Part shown: piece by piece, positions 10,433 to 22,934 of the stretch
Layout of the letters: every line of letters starts with the position of its first letter
Position numbering within the stretch: the first letter of the stretch is position 1
Source: Camelus dromedarius
Taxonomy: Eukaryota
NCBI RefSeq assembly: GCF_036321535.1
Contig: NC_087472.1
Coordinates: 101,310,001 to 101,374,000 of the forward strand
Direction: 5' to 3'
DNA length: 64,000 nucleotides
Position numbers and translations under genes: made by a program
The notes under the pieces: generated by a model
Database searches by the model: none
What the model was told of the DNA's origin: nothing
Seen by the model: the letters and a program-made list of their open reading frames with translations, nothing else

Positions 10433-13022
10433 TTTTTTTTTTACATTTTTTTATTGAGTTACAGTCATTTTACAATGTGTCAAATTCCAGTGTAGAGCAC
10501 AATTTTTCAGTTATACATGAACATACATATATTCATTGTCACATTCTTTTTCGCTGTGAGCTACCACAAGATCTTGTATATATTTCCCTGTCCTATACAG
10601 TATAATCTTTTTTATCTATTCTGCATATGCCTGTCAGTATCTACCAATTTTGAACTCCCAGTCTTTCCCTTCCTATTCCCCCCTGCTTGGCAACCACAAG
10701 TTTCTATTCTATGTCTGTGAGTCTGTTTCACTTTTGTATTTATGTTCTTTTTTTTTTTAGATTCCACATATAAGTGATCTCATGGTATTTTTCTTTCTCT
10801 TTCTGGCTTACTTCACTTAGTGACATTCTCCAGGGACATCCATGTTGCTGCAAATGGTATTATGTTGTCATTTTTTATGGCTGAGTAGTATTCCATTGTA
10901 TAAATATACCAAAGCTTCTTTATCCAGTCATCTGTTGATGGACATTTAGGCTGTTTCCATGTCTTGGCTATTGTAAATAGTGCTGCTATGAACATTGGGG
11001 TGCAGGTGTCTTTTTGAAGTAGGGTTCCTTCTGGGCATATGCCCAGGAGCAGGATTCCTGGGTCATATGGTAAGTCTATTCCTAGTCTTTTGAGGAATCT
11101 CCATACTGTTTTTCACAGTGGCTGCACCAAACTGCATTCCCACCAGCAGTGTAGGAGGGTTCCCTTTTCTCCACAGCCTCTCCAGCATTTGTGATTTGTG
11201 GACTTTTAAATGATGGCCATTCTGGCTGGTGTGAGGTGATACCTCATCATAGTTTTGATTTGCATTTCTCTGATAATTAGTGATATTGAGCATTTTTTCA
11301 TGTGCCTATTGATCATTTGTATTTCTTCCTTGGAGAATTACTTGTTTAGATCTTTTGCCCATTTTTGGATTGGGTTGTTTGGTTTTTTGTTATTATGCCA
11401 TATGAGCTGCTTATATATTCTGGAGATCAAGCCTTTGTCGGTTTCATTGTTTGCAAAAATTTTCTCCCATTCTATGGGTTGTCGTTTTGTTTTACTTATG
11501 GTTTCCTTTACTTTGCAGAAGCTTGTAAGTTTAATTAGGTCTCATTTTTTTATTCTTACTTTTATTTCTATTGCTTGGGTAGACTGCCCTAGGAGAACAT
11601 TTTTGAGATTATGTCAGATAATGTTTTGCCTATATTTTCTTCTAGGAGGTTTATTGTATCTTGTCTTATGTTTAAATCTTTGATCCATTTTGAGTTTATT
11701 TTTGTGTATGGTGTAAGGGAGTGTTCTGGCTTCATTGATTTACATGATGCTGTCCAGTTTCCCAACACCATTTGCTGAAGAGACTGTCTTTATTCCACTG
11801 TATATTCTTGCCTCCTTTGTCAAAGATTAGTTGGCCAAAAGTTTGTGGGTTCATTTCTGGGCTCTCTATTCCGTTCCATTGGTCCATATGTCTGTTTTTG
11901 TACCAATACCATGCTGTCTTGATTACTGTAGCTCTAGTATTGTCTGAAGTCTGGGAAAGTTATTCCTCCAGCCTCTTTCTTTTTCTTCAGTAATGTTATG
12001 GCAGTTCTAGGTCTTTTGTGGTTCCATATGAATTTTATTATGATTTTTTCTAGTTCTGTGAACTATGTCCTGGGTAATTGGATAGGGATTGCATTAAATC
12101 TGTAGATTGCCTTGGGCAGTGTGACCATTTTAACAATATTGATTCTTCCAATCCAGGAGCATGGGACATCTTTCCATTTTTTAAAGTCTTCTTTAATTTC
12201 CTTCATCAATGGTTTATAGTTTTCTGTGTATAAGTCTTTCACCTCCTTGGTTAGATTTATTCCTAGGTATTTTATTACTTTGGGTGCTATTTTAAAGGGG
12301 ATTGTTTCTTTACTTTCTTTTTCTGTTGGTTCATCATTAGTGTAAAGAAATGCAACTGATTTTTGAACGTTAATCTTGTAACCTGCTACCTTGCTGAATT
12401 TTTCGATTAGTTCTAGTAGTTTTTGTGTGAACCTTTTAGGGTTTTCTACATATAGTATCATGTCATCTGCATATAGTGACACTTTTACCTCTTCTTTTCC
12501 AATTTGGATACCTTTTTTTTCTCTCTCTGCCTGATTGCTGTGTTGAATAAGAGTGGTGACAGTGGGCATCCTTGTCTTGTCCCAGATTTTAGTGGGAAGC
12601 TTTTGAGGTTTTCACCGTTGAGCACTATGCTGGCTGTAGGTTTGTCATATATAGCTTTTATTATGTTGAGATATGTTCCCTCTATACCCACTTTGGTGAG
12701 AGTTTTTATCATAAATGGGTGTTGACTTTTATCAAAAGCTTTTTCTGCATCTATTGAAATGATCGTGTGGTTTTTGTCCTTTCTCTTGCTGATGTGATGT
12801 ATTACACTGATTGATTTGCGTATGTTGAACCAGCCTTGTGTCCCTGGGATGAACCCCACTTGATCATAATGTATAATCTTTTTTATGTGCTGTTGGATTC
12901 TATTTGCTAATATTTTGATAAGGATTTTTGCATCTATTTCATCAGTGATATTGGCCTATAATTCTCTTTTTTTGTAGTGTCTTTGCCTGGTTTTGGTATC
13001 AGGGTGAGGGTGGCTTCATAAC
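10433..13022 (-). mobile_element. 5'-truncated young L1, 2.6 kb (RT domain to 3' UTR), frameshifted
   Basis: ORF2 peptides [41 protein letters not shown] tail at 10433; flanked by an 87-bp direct repeat. Confidence 0.97.
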
Positions 13023-13737
13023 TAAAACATCATCTTACCAGGGCAGGGGAGGGAGGCAGTGGGGATTGTGAGCTACGATTCTCTCAATAGATTTAGAGAT
13101 AAAAATGGAATCATATTTGACTTCCTGGAAGTTTCCTTCTGGTGAGTGCCTTCTTGCTTTTCCACAACAAAGCAAAGAGGGGAAAATGCCCCCATGCCAA
13201 ACAAACCCTTGGTCCATTCCAGTACCTTTGGGGGGGGCAGCAATATATTACCGCTCAATGTTTTCTCTTCTGCCTTTCAGAAATTGTGCATGCTTGGGTT
13301 CACTGTCTCCCATGGTGTTTTCCATGGAACAGCTAACCTGGTACCAAAAATCCATCTGGGATGGCTGCCCCTTAGTTAAGAAGGTCAAGATTATTGTTAG
13401 TCCCACAGTCTAGCAGAGAAACAAAGTCCAACAGTTGGGAATTTCATCGTGGAGTAGATTTGGCTTCCATACAGGCTCTTATTTGGACATTTTCACCAAA
13501 AGCATCTGAGTTTTTGCATAGACCTTGGGCACAGGAACCTCTGTAACAAGTACACTGATTCTCATGTGGGGTACAACTCCCTGAAGCTGTAATCTGAGAT
13601 GGCACACCAAGTCCTTGGGGGAAGGGGCAGAAGCCTCTTTGGTAGTGATTGCCTTGAGATTTAGAAATCCAAGTAGTTGGTGAAAAACATGTTCTGAGAT
13701 ACCATACAAACTTGGATTTCTATTTATTTGTCTCACA

Positions 13738-13993
13738 AACTCATATGTAGCACTTACTATGTGGCAACACTGTTTTACTCACTTTATAAATATTAATTCA
13801 CTTAATCTTCATGACAACTATCAGGTAGTTACTGTTAATCTCCCCATTTTACAAATGAGGATCCCGAGGAGCAGAAAGGTTAGATCACAAAGATTAGATC
13901 ACACACTTGCTCAAAGTCACACAGCTTAGTAATTGGTAGAGTTGGAATTCCAGTCCAGAGGTCTAGCTCCATAATGCATGTTTTAAACACTAG
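13738..13993 (-). mobile_element. MIR
   Basis: gcacttactatgtg...ccccattttacaaatgagga...cttgctcaaagtcacacagc. Confidence 0.85.
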
Positions 13994-16900
13994 AGTAATT
14001 GGGAAATGGGTGAGATTTCAAAATCACATGTCTTGAGAATTCCCTAAAAAAACAGGTTACCTAGCCCATGTAACGATCAAGACTATTCTAGGGGTTCACG
14101 ATCTGTCCAGACAATTAACTGAATTAGAATGAAAATGATCTGGACAGATCTTGAACCCCTGGAGTATTCTTGATTGTTAACATAGAATTATTCTGCCTGT
14201 TTTAGAAACTCTTAAGACATCTGATTTTGAAATCTTTATCAATTTCCCACTACTATAGTGGTTTAAAATGAGAATATTTGGGGAGAACACTTTTCTCTAC
14301 CAACGACAGCCTAAGTAAATGCTAACATGTAAATAAATGGTTTTGTAAGAAATGGCCTGGGTGCTTGGACCTAAGAGAGGAAGATTTTTATTTTGATTAT
14401 CAGTATCCAAGATGGATGTGAGACCCAGAAAATGATGGCTGCTTAGCAGAACGTGGAGAACAATCTCTGCCCAAAAAGATGGCAAATGAAGAGTTAATTC
14501 GAGTTTTTCCTAGTGGTCTCAGTTATATCTCTCCTTAAATACTGAAAAATTGAGACAAAGGTAACAGTTTTCCCATGCAAATCACCACTGTTTGCATTAA
14601 TCTCATCTCTTCCCTCTTTCCCAAACAAGGAGGAGCATTGATACCCATTCACCGTCACCTTAGGGTCACACCGACATGGCCACCGACTTCTGGTTTCCCC
14701 GCCATAAAGCGGCTTCCAGCAGATGTGCCACGCAGGGTTGTGAGAACGCTGGCTGCAAGGGCTATTTCACTGTGTTGCCTTCTGTGACAGCATGATCCAT
14801 TGGCTGCTCTTTGGAAGACAATATAGCAAAAAGAATTGGCCCCTGCTGGTGCTTAAAAGGTGCTGAAAGGGGAGAGTTAATTTATTGCTAATATACACTG
14901 TGTTAAAAATAGAAAGAAAAGTGTCTTTTGTTCCCACTTTGCCTTTTGGTGCTCTAGAAGCCGAGTGGGGGATTTAGTGGCCATGATTAGAGGTCACGTT
15001 TTGGTCACAACTTAAACCTGTACCTTTGGTACAGGTAGGGGAATGAAATCCTTTGTTCCATGCCTGTGGGGAAGCTACCCAAAGGAGCTGTCCTCTGCAG
15101 AGGCCAGGACACACTTACCACACTAAAGTTGGCAGCATTTATCTCCTGGCCTCAGACCTTCTGAACTTGCATTTGCACTTTCTGCCTGTCTACCCGCTGC
15201 AGCGCTAATGGGCTTTGGAAAACTTCTGTGGTGGATCAGGTCTGCTGGCGACAGGCAGAGAGGAAACAGGCTCAAGAACCCTGAGCCTTCATTTCAGGGG
15301 TCTGGAAACAGAGGCTGGGAGAGAAAAATGGCCCTTCCGAGAGACTCCTAATAAATAGTCTGTGGATTGAAGACTTGTGGACTCAGAGTGGTCAGACGGG
15401 AGCAGTCTTTAAGGGAGATGTGAGGAGGCTTCTGCGAGCTTCAGAGAGTGGATTTCCTCCTGCACTTAGGTATTTTTATAAGCTGCTGATGGGTGTTCAG
15501 GCCCTGAGAAGCAGGCATAGCCAGAGGGGCAAATTAGCAGAGGGAGAAGTCTTACCTGGCTTTTCTGGAGGATATGACTGCTGGCCCCTGTTCGGCTCCC
15601 AGGGCTCAGTCACCAATTGCCTCCTCCACCCCTGGCAGTGCCAGCTCCTAAACTGTCCCTTGTTTTGAGGAAGCCAGCAGAGCCCCTGGGAATCAGACTT
15701 GGCTGCAGTCAGAAACAGTTTCAGTGATTAATTATTTAATTAACATATTTGGAGTTTCGACCACCTTTAATATCATCTATATCTATAAAAACTCTTATGA
15801 AATAAGGCAAATATTTACGTGGAAATAGCCTAAAATTGCGTCCCTGGCCAATTTGGAGGAGGGGAAATGATAGTAGCCTGGATCTAACTACCTCTGCTGC
15901 TCTTTAGAGGATTTCCAAAATTTATGATTCTTTTTCCTAGAGAAAAAATTAAGTACACTTTTCTTCATCTGATTCCCTCCCTATTCTCTCCCTCCCTTTC
16001 TCTTCCCACCCGTTCCGATTTATCTAAATCCATTGGAAATGGACTGGCCCAACCCATACATGAAAAAAGAGCAGGTGGATGGAGCAATGGGTGAGAGGCA
16101 GCGGGAGAAGCAGTGGTCTTCCCCACTGGGCTGGGAAGCTGTGAGAAGACAGTTAATTTCTCAGCGTTAAGTGTCCCTTCGTCTGGCCTGCCTGCTTGAG
16201 AGTGACCCACTTTCAGTTCAGTTTTGTTGTGTGTCGGGAACTCCCTGGCTCAGCCTGAAAGGTCACCCACTCAGCTTTCTGTGCCATGAAGAGAAATTAG
16301 TCAGGGCCTCCCGGAGAGGTCTCCCCAAGAGTGGGCCCTTGGCTGTTCATCATTTGAGGCGAGTTCTCCAGCTTTGCACTGGTCCAGCATTTTATTAAGC
16401 AAAGGCATTGCTGGTAGCCTGGGGCTTGGTAAGAAAGCTGTGTCCTTTTAAGGAGAAAAGGGGTAGGGGTGGGATGAGTCTTTAAGGAGAAAGATGATGC
16501 AACCAAAATTAAAATAAATAAAAAGTGCAGACCATAATTAGATCTGTTCTTTTTATTTATGTCATATAATCAGAAACCACAGTTGAAACCTTCCTCCTCT
16601 GGTAATAAAATTGTGCGTGTCAATCATTGCTGGGCAAAATACATTTTTTTTTGCTGTATTACATCTCACAAGAAATCTGAGTGACCTTTAAATCTTAAAT
16701 TGCAGCCACATAATGTGGCCCCAGCTGTACAAGCCTGTTTTCCTTTTCTTTTTGTCCCCTCTTCCTTCCTACAGAAATAAAGTGGTCCAGATCTACCAAC
16801 AGTTCAGGTATGACATTAATCAAAAATCCAGTAGAAATGAGAAAGTCATTCTTGCAGCTGGCAAGAGTGTAGAGCTGTGAGCCAGGACATTCAAGTTTGC

Positions 16901-17786
16901 CTCTAAACTGACATGAAAACAAAAAACCTTGCTTAATCAGAACCTAATACCGACCCAGTCTAGTCCTCATGGGTCAATCTATTAACGTGTTTAGCGTCAG
17001 TATCACTCACTGCCCCTCCCCCTCCACCCTGGAAAGAGCAATCTGTATTTAGAAACTGTTTAGTTTATACAGATTATATATAACTACTGTTTTGTTTATT
17101 TGTGTTTGCTCTTTCCATGGCTCTTGTACTCATAATTGAGGACACACATAGCACTCAGAAAGGAGTTCTTAAAGATTTGTCAAAGGACAGGAAGAGGCAA
17201 AAAGAAAATGGTGAAACAGCTTCCCATAAAGATGATAAATTGAGTTGGTAGAAGAGTCTTTGCTCTATTTTCCCACTTTAACCCTCTGATACACATGAGA
17301 TGTGTCACTCTAAAGTTTATGGCAATTAAAGGAAAAAGAATGTTTGAAGCCCCTTGGTCCTGGCTGCCTGTAGCAACCACACTTAAAGGTCTTCATTACA
17401 GAGCATTTAACAACTGTGACCAGGGCCAGCCCATGAAATGAGCTGATGGGAATTTTTGCCACCGAAGTATTATTGTAGGGGAAAATTCGATGCTGACCAG
17501 GAGAACTGGTCAGCCACGGCTCTCGTTCTCCCTGGAATGCCAAGTAGGTCATAGTAACCTAATTGAACTTGGATTCCTCTTCTGAAAATGCAGCAGAATT
17601 CTATTTAAAGAGCTATTAAGTCCCACCCATTGGAATAGTCTAGGATTTTGGAGTAGAATAACATTTTCTTTGACCTCATTTTTCTTCTAGGGAGATGTAA
17701 ATAAAGTTAAATGTGACAATTCAGTTTAAGTGTTAGATGGCTTCTCTCTGGACCATAGCTCTGATGTCAGGGAGATGAATTAGTAA

Positions 17787-17948
17787 GTAGTTTTAACCTT
17801 TTGTGGATCATGGGTTCCTCTGAGAATTTGATGAAAACTCTAGTTCCTCTCCCCAGGAAAACACATTTATGCCTATTTATGCTCACTTTGTACAAAGGTC
17901 ACATTGGGGATTTCCAGAAGCACATCATTGGATCCCAGTTGAGAACTG
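17787..17948 (+). mobile_element. Charlie4z-like short hAT MITE
   Basis: gttttaaccttttgtggatcatgggttcctctgagaatttgatgaaa...ggatcccagttgagaac. Confidence 0.6.
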
Positions 17949-18170
17949 GGAGATATTAAAGCTCCTCCCAAGCTCCAGAAGTCTGTAGTTACATTATACA
18001 GTTCTAGGCTGGACAATATTTTCAGCATTTACTAGTTTATTAGGCATTTTAACTTCCAAGGTCATCTCAGGGCAGAGGTGGAGGACAGCCCTCAAACATC
18101 TCCTCATTCTCCCAGATCTTTCCCATTCTACCTTCCTCCTGAATTATACCCTGGTTAACATTATTTATAT

Positions 18171-18406
18171 CTAGCAAATGCTTATTAGTACATACTATGT
18201 GCCAGACATGTATATTTTAAAAATTAATGTTAATCCTTACAAAAACCCTATGACATAGATAGTATTGTGATTCCTATATTACAAGTAAGAAGACCAAGGC
18301 ACAGAGAAGTTAAATAATTTGCCCAAGGTCATTGAGTTAGTGAGTGGTGGATCTGGGGTTTTGAACCCAGCAATCTGGCTCCAGAATCTGTGCTCTTAAC
18401 CATTAT
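18171..18406 (-). mobile_element. MIR
   Basis: tactatgtgccagac...aaggcacagagaagttaaataatttgcccaaggtca...ttgaacccagcaatctggctccaga. Confidence 0.88.
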
Positions 18407-18549
18407 GACCCATTTCTAAAGTATTTGGGTAATGGAGAGTTCAAAACAAAAACCATTCTGTGAAAATTCTTCAAGTTGTATACTTATGATTTGTGTATAT
18501 TTCTGTATGTATTGTACTTCAGTTTTTAAAGTTACTTTGAAAATCTCCT

Positions 18550-19020
18550 ATATCAATTGGGAATACTTTTGGTAGCAAGAAAAATCTCTTGAATAGTGGC
18601 CTAAACCAGAGGGGTAATTAGTATTTATTTAACGAGGAGGTGGGTGGTCTCAGAGTTGATTTGGCAGCTTGATGGCATCCTCATGGCCCAGGATCTTTCC
18701 ACTTTCTCTTGCCCATTTTCTGTGTTCTCGCAGTCTTTTTCTTCTGGTCACAAATGGCTCCTATGCCTCCGGCCATCATATCCGTGTAGGAAGGGATGGG
18801 CAGTAAAGGAGTTCTCCTCACATACTTACTCCTCTCCTTTTGTAAAACCTCCTGGAAGGCTTTCCCATTAGTCTCATTGGTCAGAATTAGGGAACACAGC
18901 CACTTTCATATAAAGGGAACTGGGAAAGCGAGTCTGCCTTTTCCAGCCTCTATGGGCTATGATGTAGTAGGAAAGAGGGTGGAGATGAACATTGGGTATC
19001 TCTCAACAGTATCCGCTACA
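18550..19020 (-). mobile_element. Old MaLR LTR (MLT1J/K/L-like)
   Basis: tatcaattgggaatacttttggtagcaag...ggtcacaaatggct...tctcattggtcagaattagg...aagggaactgggaaa. Confidence 0.6.
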
Positions 19021-19621
19021 AGTCCTTGGGTAACAACACTTCTGCATTGAGAGAGGAGAGGAAGGAAAAGTGAAGGAGAAGCCTTCTTTGAGATCAAAGA
19101 TAGCCAACTACTTTTTTCCCCTCTAGGTTAGAAAAAGCCTCACAATGATCCCTTCAGAAGATGTAGAATATGGCTGATAGAGAATACTATTTGGAATAGC
19201 AGATTTGAAAGTCTCTCCCATCAAATTGGAGGGTTGAGCTCTTAACAAATGGCTTAATTTGAATCTTTGAAAAATGGTCTTTTCATTACCTTCCCCTCTC
19301 TCCTCTGTCCTCTCTCCTTCTTTAATGGAGTATACATCAAATTTAGTGTGTCTCCCAGACACCAGGCTAGATTTAGCTAGATGGTGCAAGTTTTCCAACT
19401 TTCTACTAATTCTTGTACATTTTTAGCAATTAAAATGCCTAAAGGGACTACCATTCTGGTAGGAGGAAAAGAGCATTTGGTTAAATGGTCTTGCCCTCAG
19501 CTTTGTGTCTGAATGGCAATGACCCTTCTTCTGTTTACATTATCTACTAAACTCCTTAAAATTCATGTATGGAGATAGAGCCATTTTTCTGCAGCTTTCA
19601 AGAACTTTATCACCAGAGTGT

Positions 19622-20050
19622 TTGGCTAGTCTTAGTTTAAGTTTACCCAGAAGAAGATGTTGAGACAAGGATTCTGGTACAAATCTTTAGTTGGGTGATG
19701 AAGGAAGTACTAGTGGAGGAATGGGGAAGTGATACAGGGAAGGGAAGGCAGTGAACAAAGGGTGCATTATCAAGTAAATAACCATATTGACTGAGTGGAC
19801 CTCACTGGAAAATTCTGAGATGATGTAAAACACATAGTTTAGGGTTTTTCTAACTGAAGGCAAGAGAGCTGGGGTATTTATACATCAGCTGCCCAGTATT
19901 ATTGGAGGAAGCTCCTTCCAAATGGTGTTAATTCCCTGGCATTTCTGTCCTGTGACACAGGCAGACAAATCTTTTGGCAGTGGCTAGAGACAGCACTCAG
20001 ACAAAAAATGTAGGTGCTAGTATTTGGAAATGGTGAGGGTAAGGGGATGT
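19622..20050. mobile_element. ERVL LTR (LTR33-like)
   Basis: cccagaagaagatgttgagacaaggatt...ggggaagtgatacagggaagggaaggcag...gagctggggtatttatac. Confidence 0.6.
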
Positions 20051-21087
20051 AGGTCTCTTAGAATTAAAATCCAGAGCCCTCTGCTCTTCCTTTTTCCTCC
20101 CCATTTGATAATCAAAGTAACTGTGGTCCAGATAGGTAAAGTCTCACACTTTGTCAGTGCCTGGCCTGCAATGGCAACCAGGTACCTACCTTTTCATCTT
20201 AGATTCTTTTATCCTTACCATGTTATTCACAAATCAAGGGGGATACTTAAAATAATAAAAGATTATTGCTTGGTTGAATTGTCATGAAATTTCGAAAATA
20301 ATTTTTCTCTGTGTTATTAGTAGTGTGTGAATATTAGGAGAATATAATTGTTAAAGTTAATAAATTGGTTATGGAACAAGGTAAAAATAATCACCAACAC
20401 TCCTTTCTCTGCACATATGCCTCTTGGACATTGGATGATCTTTCTATAGCCGTGAGCAAGACTATTCTCAGTTCTGGGTCCTTCTGCTATGCCCTTCGGA
20501 TATTCTTTGAAGTCTTCTGCTTAAAATCTGTCCACTAGACTATTAAATACAAGACCATATGATGTAGCTGGCCCCATCCTCTTGCAACACTCCTAGTGCT
20601 TCTTAAAAATGCAATAAGAAAAGAATTTGCAAAAACTTCTAGTCCCACAGGGAACTGAAGAAACCCTGTAGGTGGAGCTCTAAGATATGAGAGTGTTTAG
20701 GAAAGTCTTAGGGAAGAAGAAAGCTCAGCTTCACAAAAAGATCTGAAGTGGAACATTTGGCCAGTGTTTCTCTCCGGATGTTTTACTCTCTGAACTACGT
20801 AGACTGTTCTTCATACACTTCTGGGGGCTCCTAGGGGTCTTCACAGTCTCTGCTCCATTCTGATTTCCCTCCTTTTCTCTAATCTTCTTCTCACCTCACT
20901 CACCCATTTCTCCTACTCTATAAAGGACTTAATCCTGGGTCAGAAATCAAAAGAATTTGAATAGAAGCAAAGTGTTCAGATTGACCTCTCTCTTTTTTAG
21001 TAGGTTTTGACATCTTTGTACCCAGAGGTTCATGGCTGGATTTTCTAACTAAAACTCTTTAGACAGAGCTCCTCTGTTGCTTCTCTT

Positions 21088-21510
21088 TCTTTTATTTAAA
21101 TTGTGGACTAATATGCACAATGTAAAGTATAAAAATTTCAGGTGTACAGCTCAATAAAGTTTAACAAAGTGAAACTTCCAGGTAGCCACCACCCAGGTTA
21201 AAGTGTGCATTATCAGCACCCAGAAGCCTACTTTATGTCTCCTCAGTCATTACCAACACCCCAAAGTAGAGATGATCTTTTACCATAGATAAGTTTTGCA
21301 TATTTTTGAACTTCACATAAATGGAACCACACAGCACATACTTTTGTTTGTCAGGCTTCTTTTGCTCAACTTTGGGTCTGCAAGATTGGTCCATGGTGCA
21401 TCTGTGGTGTTGTGATCAGCAGTGATTTTCTTTTTTCATTGCTGTGTAGTATTTGAGTGTGAGAATCAACTACAAGTTATCTGTCCATTTGGGTCATTTG
21501 CAGCATCTTA
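21088..21510 (-). mobile_element. Ancient L1M 3' UTR
   Basis: gtgtacagctcaata...tttttgaacttcacataaatggaacc...ggcttcttttgctcaac...ttttcattgctgtgtagtatt. Confidence 0.75.
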
Positions 21511-21619
21511 GTACTGAATTTCAGAAGGTCATTGGGATGGGATGGGATCATAATTATATTTAGACATTTATGCCTAAAAACATTCATCAGCAGATTGACA
21601 ATAGCCAAGTCTATTTATT

Positions 21620-21830
21620 TAGCTAACATGTATATAGAACTTACTATGTGTCAAGCTCTGACCTAACTACTTTGTAAATGTAAACTCATTTAGCTTTCAT
21701 ACCAACACTCTGAGGTAGGCCACCATTATTGTTCCCATTAAACAGATGCAGAAGCTTAGGCATGGATTGGTTTGGTTAAGTCACTTGCCTAAGGTTGAGT
21801 AGCTAATATGCAGAAGATGAGAAAGTTCTG
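21620..21830 (-). mobile_element. MIR
   Basis: acttactatgtgtcaag...tgaggtaggcaccattattgttcccatt...ggttaagtcacttgcctaagg. Confidence 0.8.
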
Positions 21831-22262
21831 GCCAGTGGAACTGGCTTAGATCATGTCTCTACTGTGTCCCTTGGATGTGTTCTATTACAGCACCCAGAAC
21901 ACTGTAGTATGTGTCTTTACCTCTCTTTTTGCTCCTCTGGACTATGAGCTTGAACACAGCATCTGTGTCTTGTTTTTGCCAGTGTTGGTTCAATGAACAA
22001 GCCAGGGGCTTTGCTGAAGTAAATGCTTGTGTGAGGAGGGAGTTTAGTGTGGGGCAATGAGTTCATGGGCCCCTTTTGTTAAAGTGCGGTCTATTTTCCT
22101 GGTGAAAACTGGGAGAGCAGGATCTGCAAGGAGGTAGGGAAGACAGAAGGAAAGGGGAAGAGAAGAGAGTCTGTGTTGCCCATTGCTTGTAGATTAACCA
22201 TGCAGACTGCTCAGAACTTTTTATGACTTAAATTGGAGAAGAGAGTGAGGAGGAAGAGCCTA

Positions 22263-22580
22263 GAGCTGTGCTGACCAATAGAAATAGAACATGAGCCACA
22301 TGTGTAATTTTAATTTTTCTAGAAGCCACATTTTAAAAAGTAAAAAAGAAACAGGTGAAGTTAATTGTAATAATATCTTATATTTATCCCAGTGTATCCA
22401 AAACAGTGTAATTTCAACATGTGATCAACTTAAGAATCATTAATTACACATTCTGTTTTTAGTAAGTCTTTTTTTTTTACTAAGTCTTCAGAATATACAA
22501 TACATCTTAACTCGGATCGGCCATTTTTCAAGTGGTCAACAGCTACCTGTGGTTCCTGGCTACTGTACTAGGATGGTGGA
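22263..22580. mobile_element. MER33 (hAT-Charlie)
   Basis: gctgtgctgaccaatagaaata...gagccacatgtgtaattttaa...atttcaacatgtgatcaa...tactaagtcttc; homologous to 40964-41283. Confidence 0.8.
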
Positions 22581-22586
22581 AACCTG

Positions 22587-22748
22587 GAGCCTTGCTACTC
22601 AGTGTGGTCCTTAGAACACCAGCATGACAACAGGAAGTTTTCGAGAAGCGCAGAATCCTCAGCCCCATCCCACTCTTACTGAATCAAAACCTGCCTTTTA
22701 AGGAGCTCCTGGGGTGATTTGTTTGCACATCAGAGTTTGAGAAGCCGA
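22587..22748. mobile_element. MER5A (hAT-Charlie)
   Basis: gctactcagtgtggtcc...gcagaatcctcagcccc...tactgaatcaaaacctgc...gtttgagaagc. Confidence 0.75.
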
Positions 22749-22857
22749 CCTAGTGATCAACTGCATTGAAAGGGTGTTTTCTAATGAATGGCAGATAATA
22801 ACTCCCTAATCCTGAAATCACAACCATAAGGTCTCTGTCATTAACTTCATTTGTTAG

Positions 22858-22934
22858 TTTCCCTCCTTTCCTTCCCTGCCTCCTTGCCTCCTTTCCTCCC
22901 TTCCTTCCTTCCTTCCTTTCTTGCTTCCTTCCCT
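22858..22934. repeat. Degenerate (CCTT)n polypyrimidine tract
   Basis: ccttccttccttccttcctttc. Confidence 0.85.

Noticed and set aside
11255..12725. Hydrophobic plus-strand ORFs (142, 73 and 73 aa), also similar ones at 28402-33405
   Set aside because: Antisense shadows of A-rich L1 ORFs
10813..12859. Reverse transcriptase ORFs as a novel RT-based system
   Set aside because: Ordinary frameshifted L1 ORF2 fragments, with no partner genes or ncRNA
13878..13902. ttagatcaca repeated twice
   Set aside because: Small local duplication inside a MIR; no sign of function
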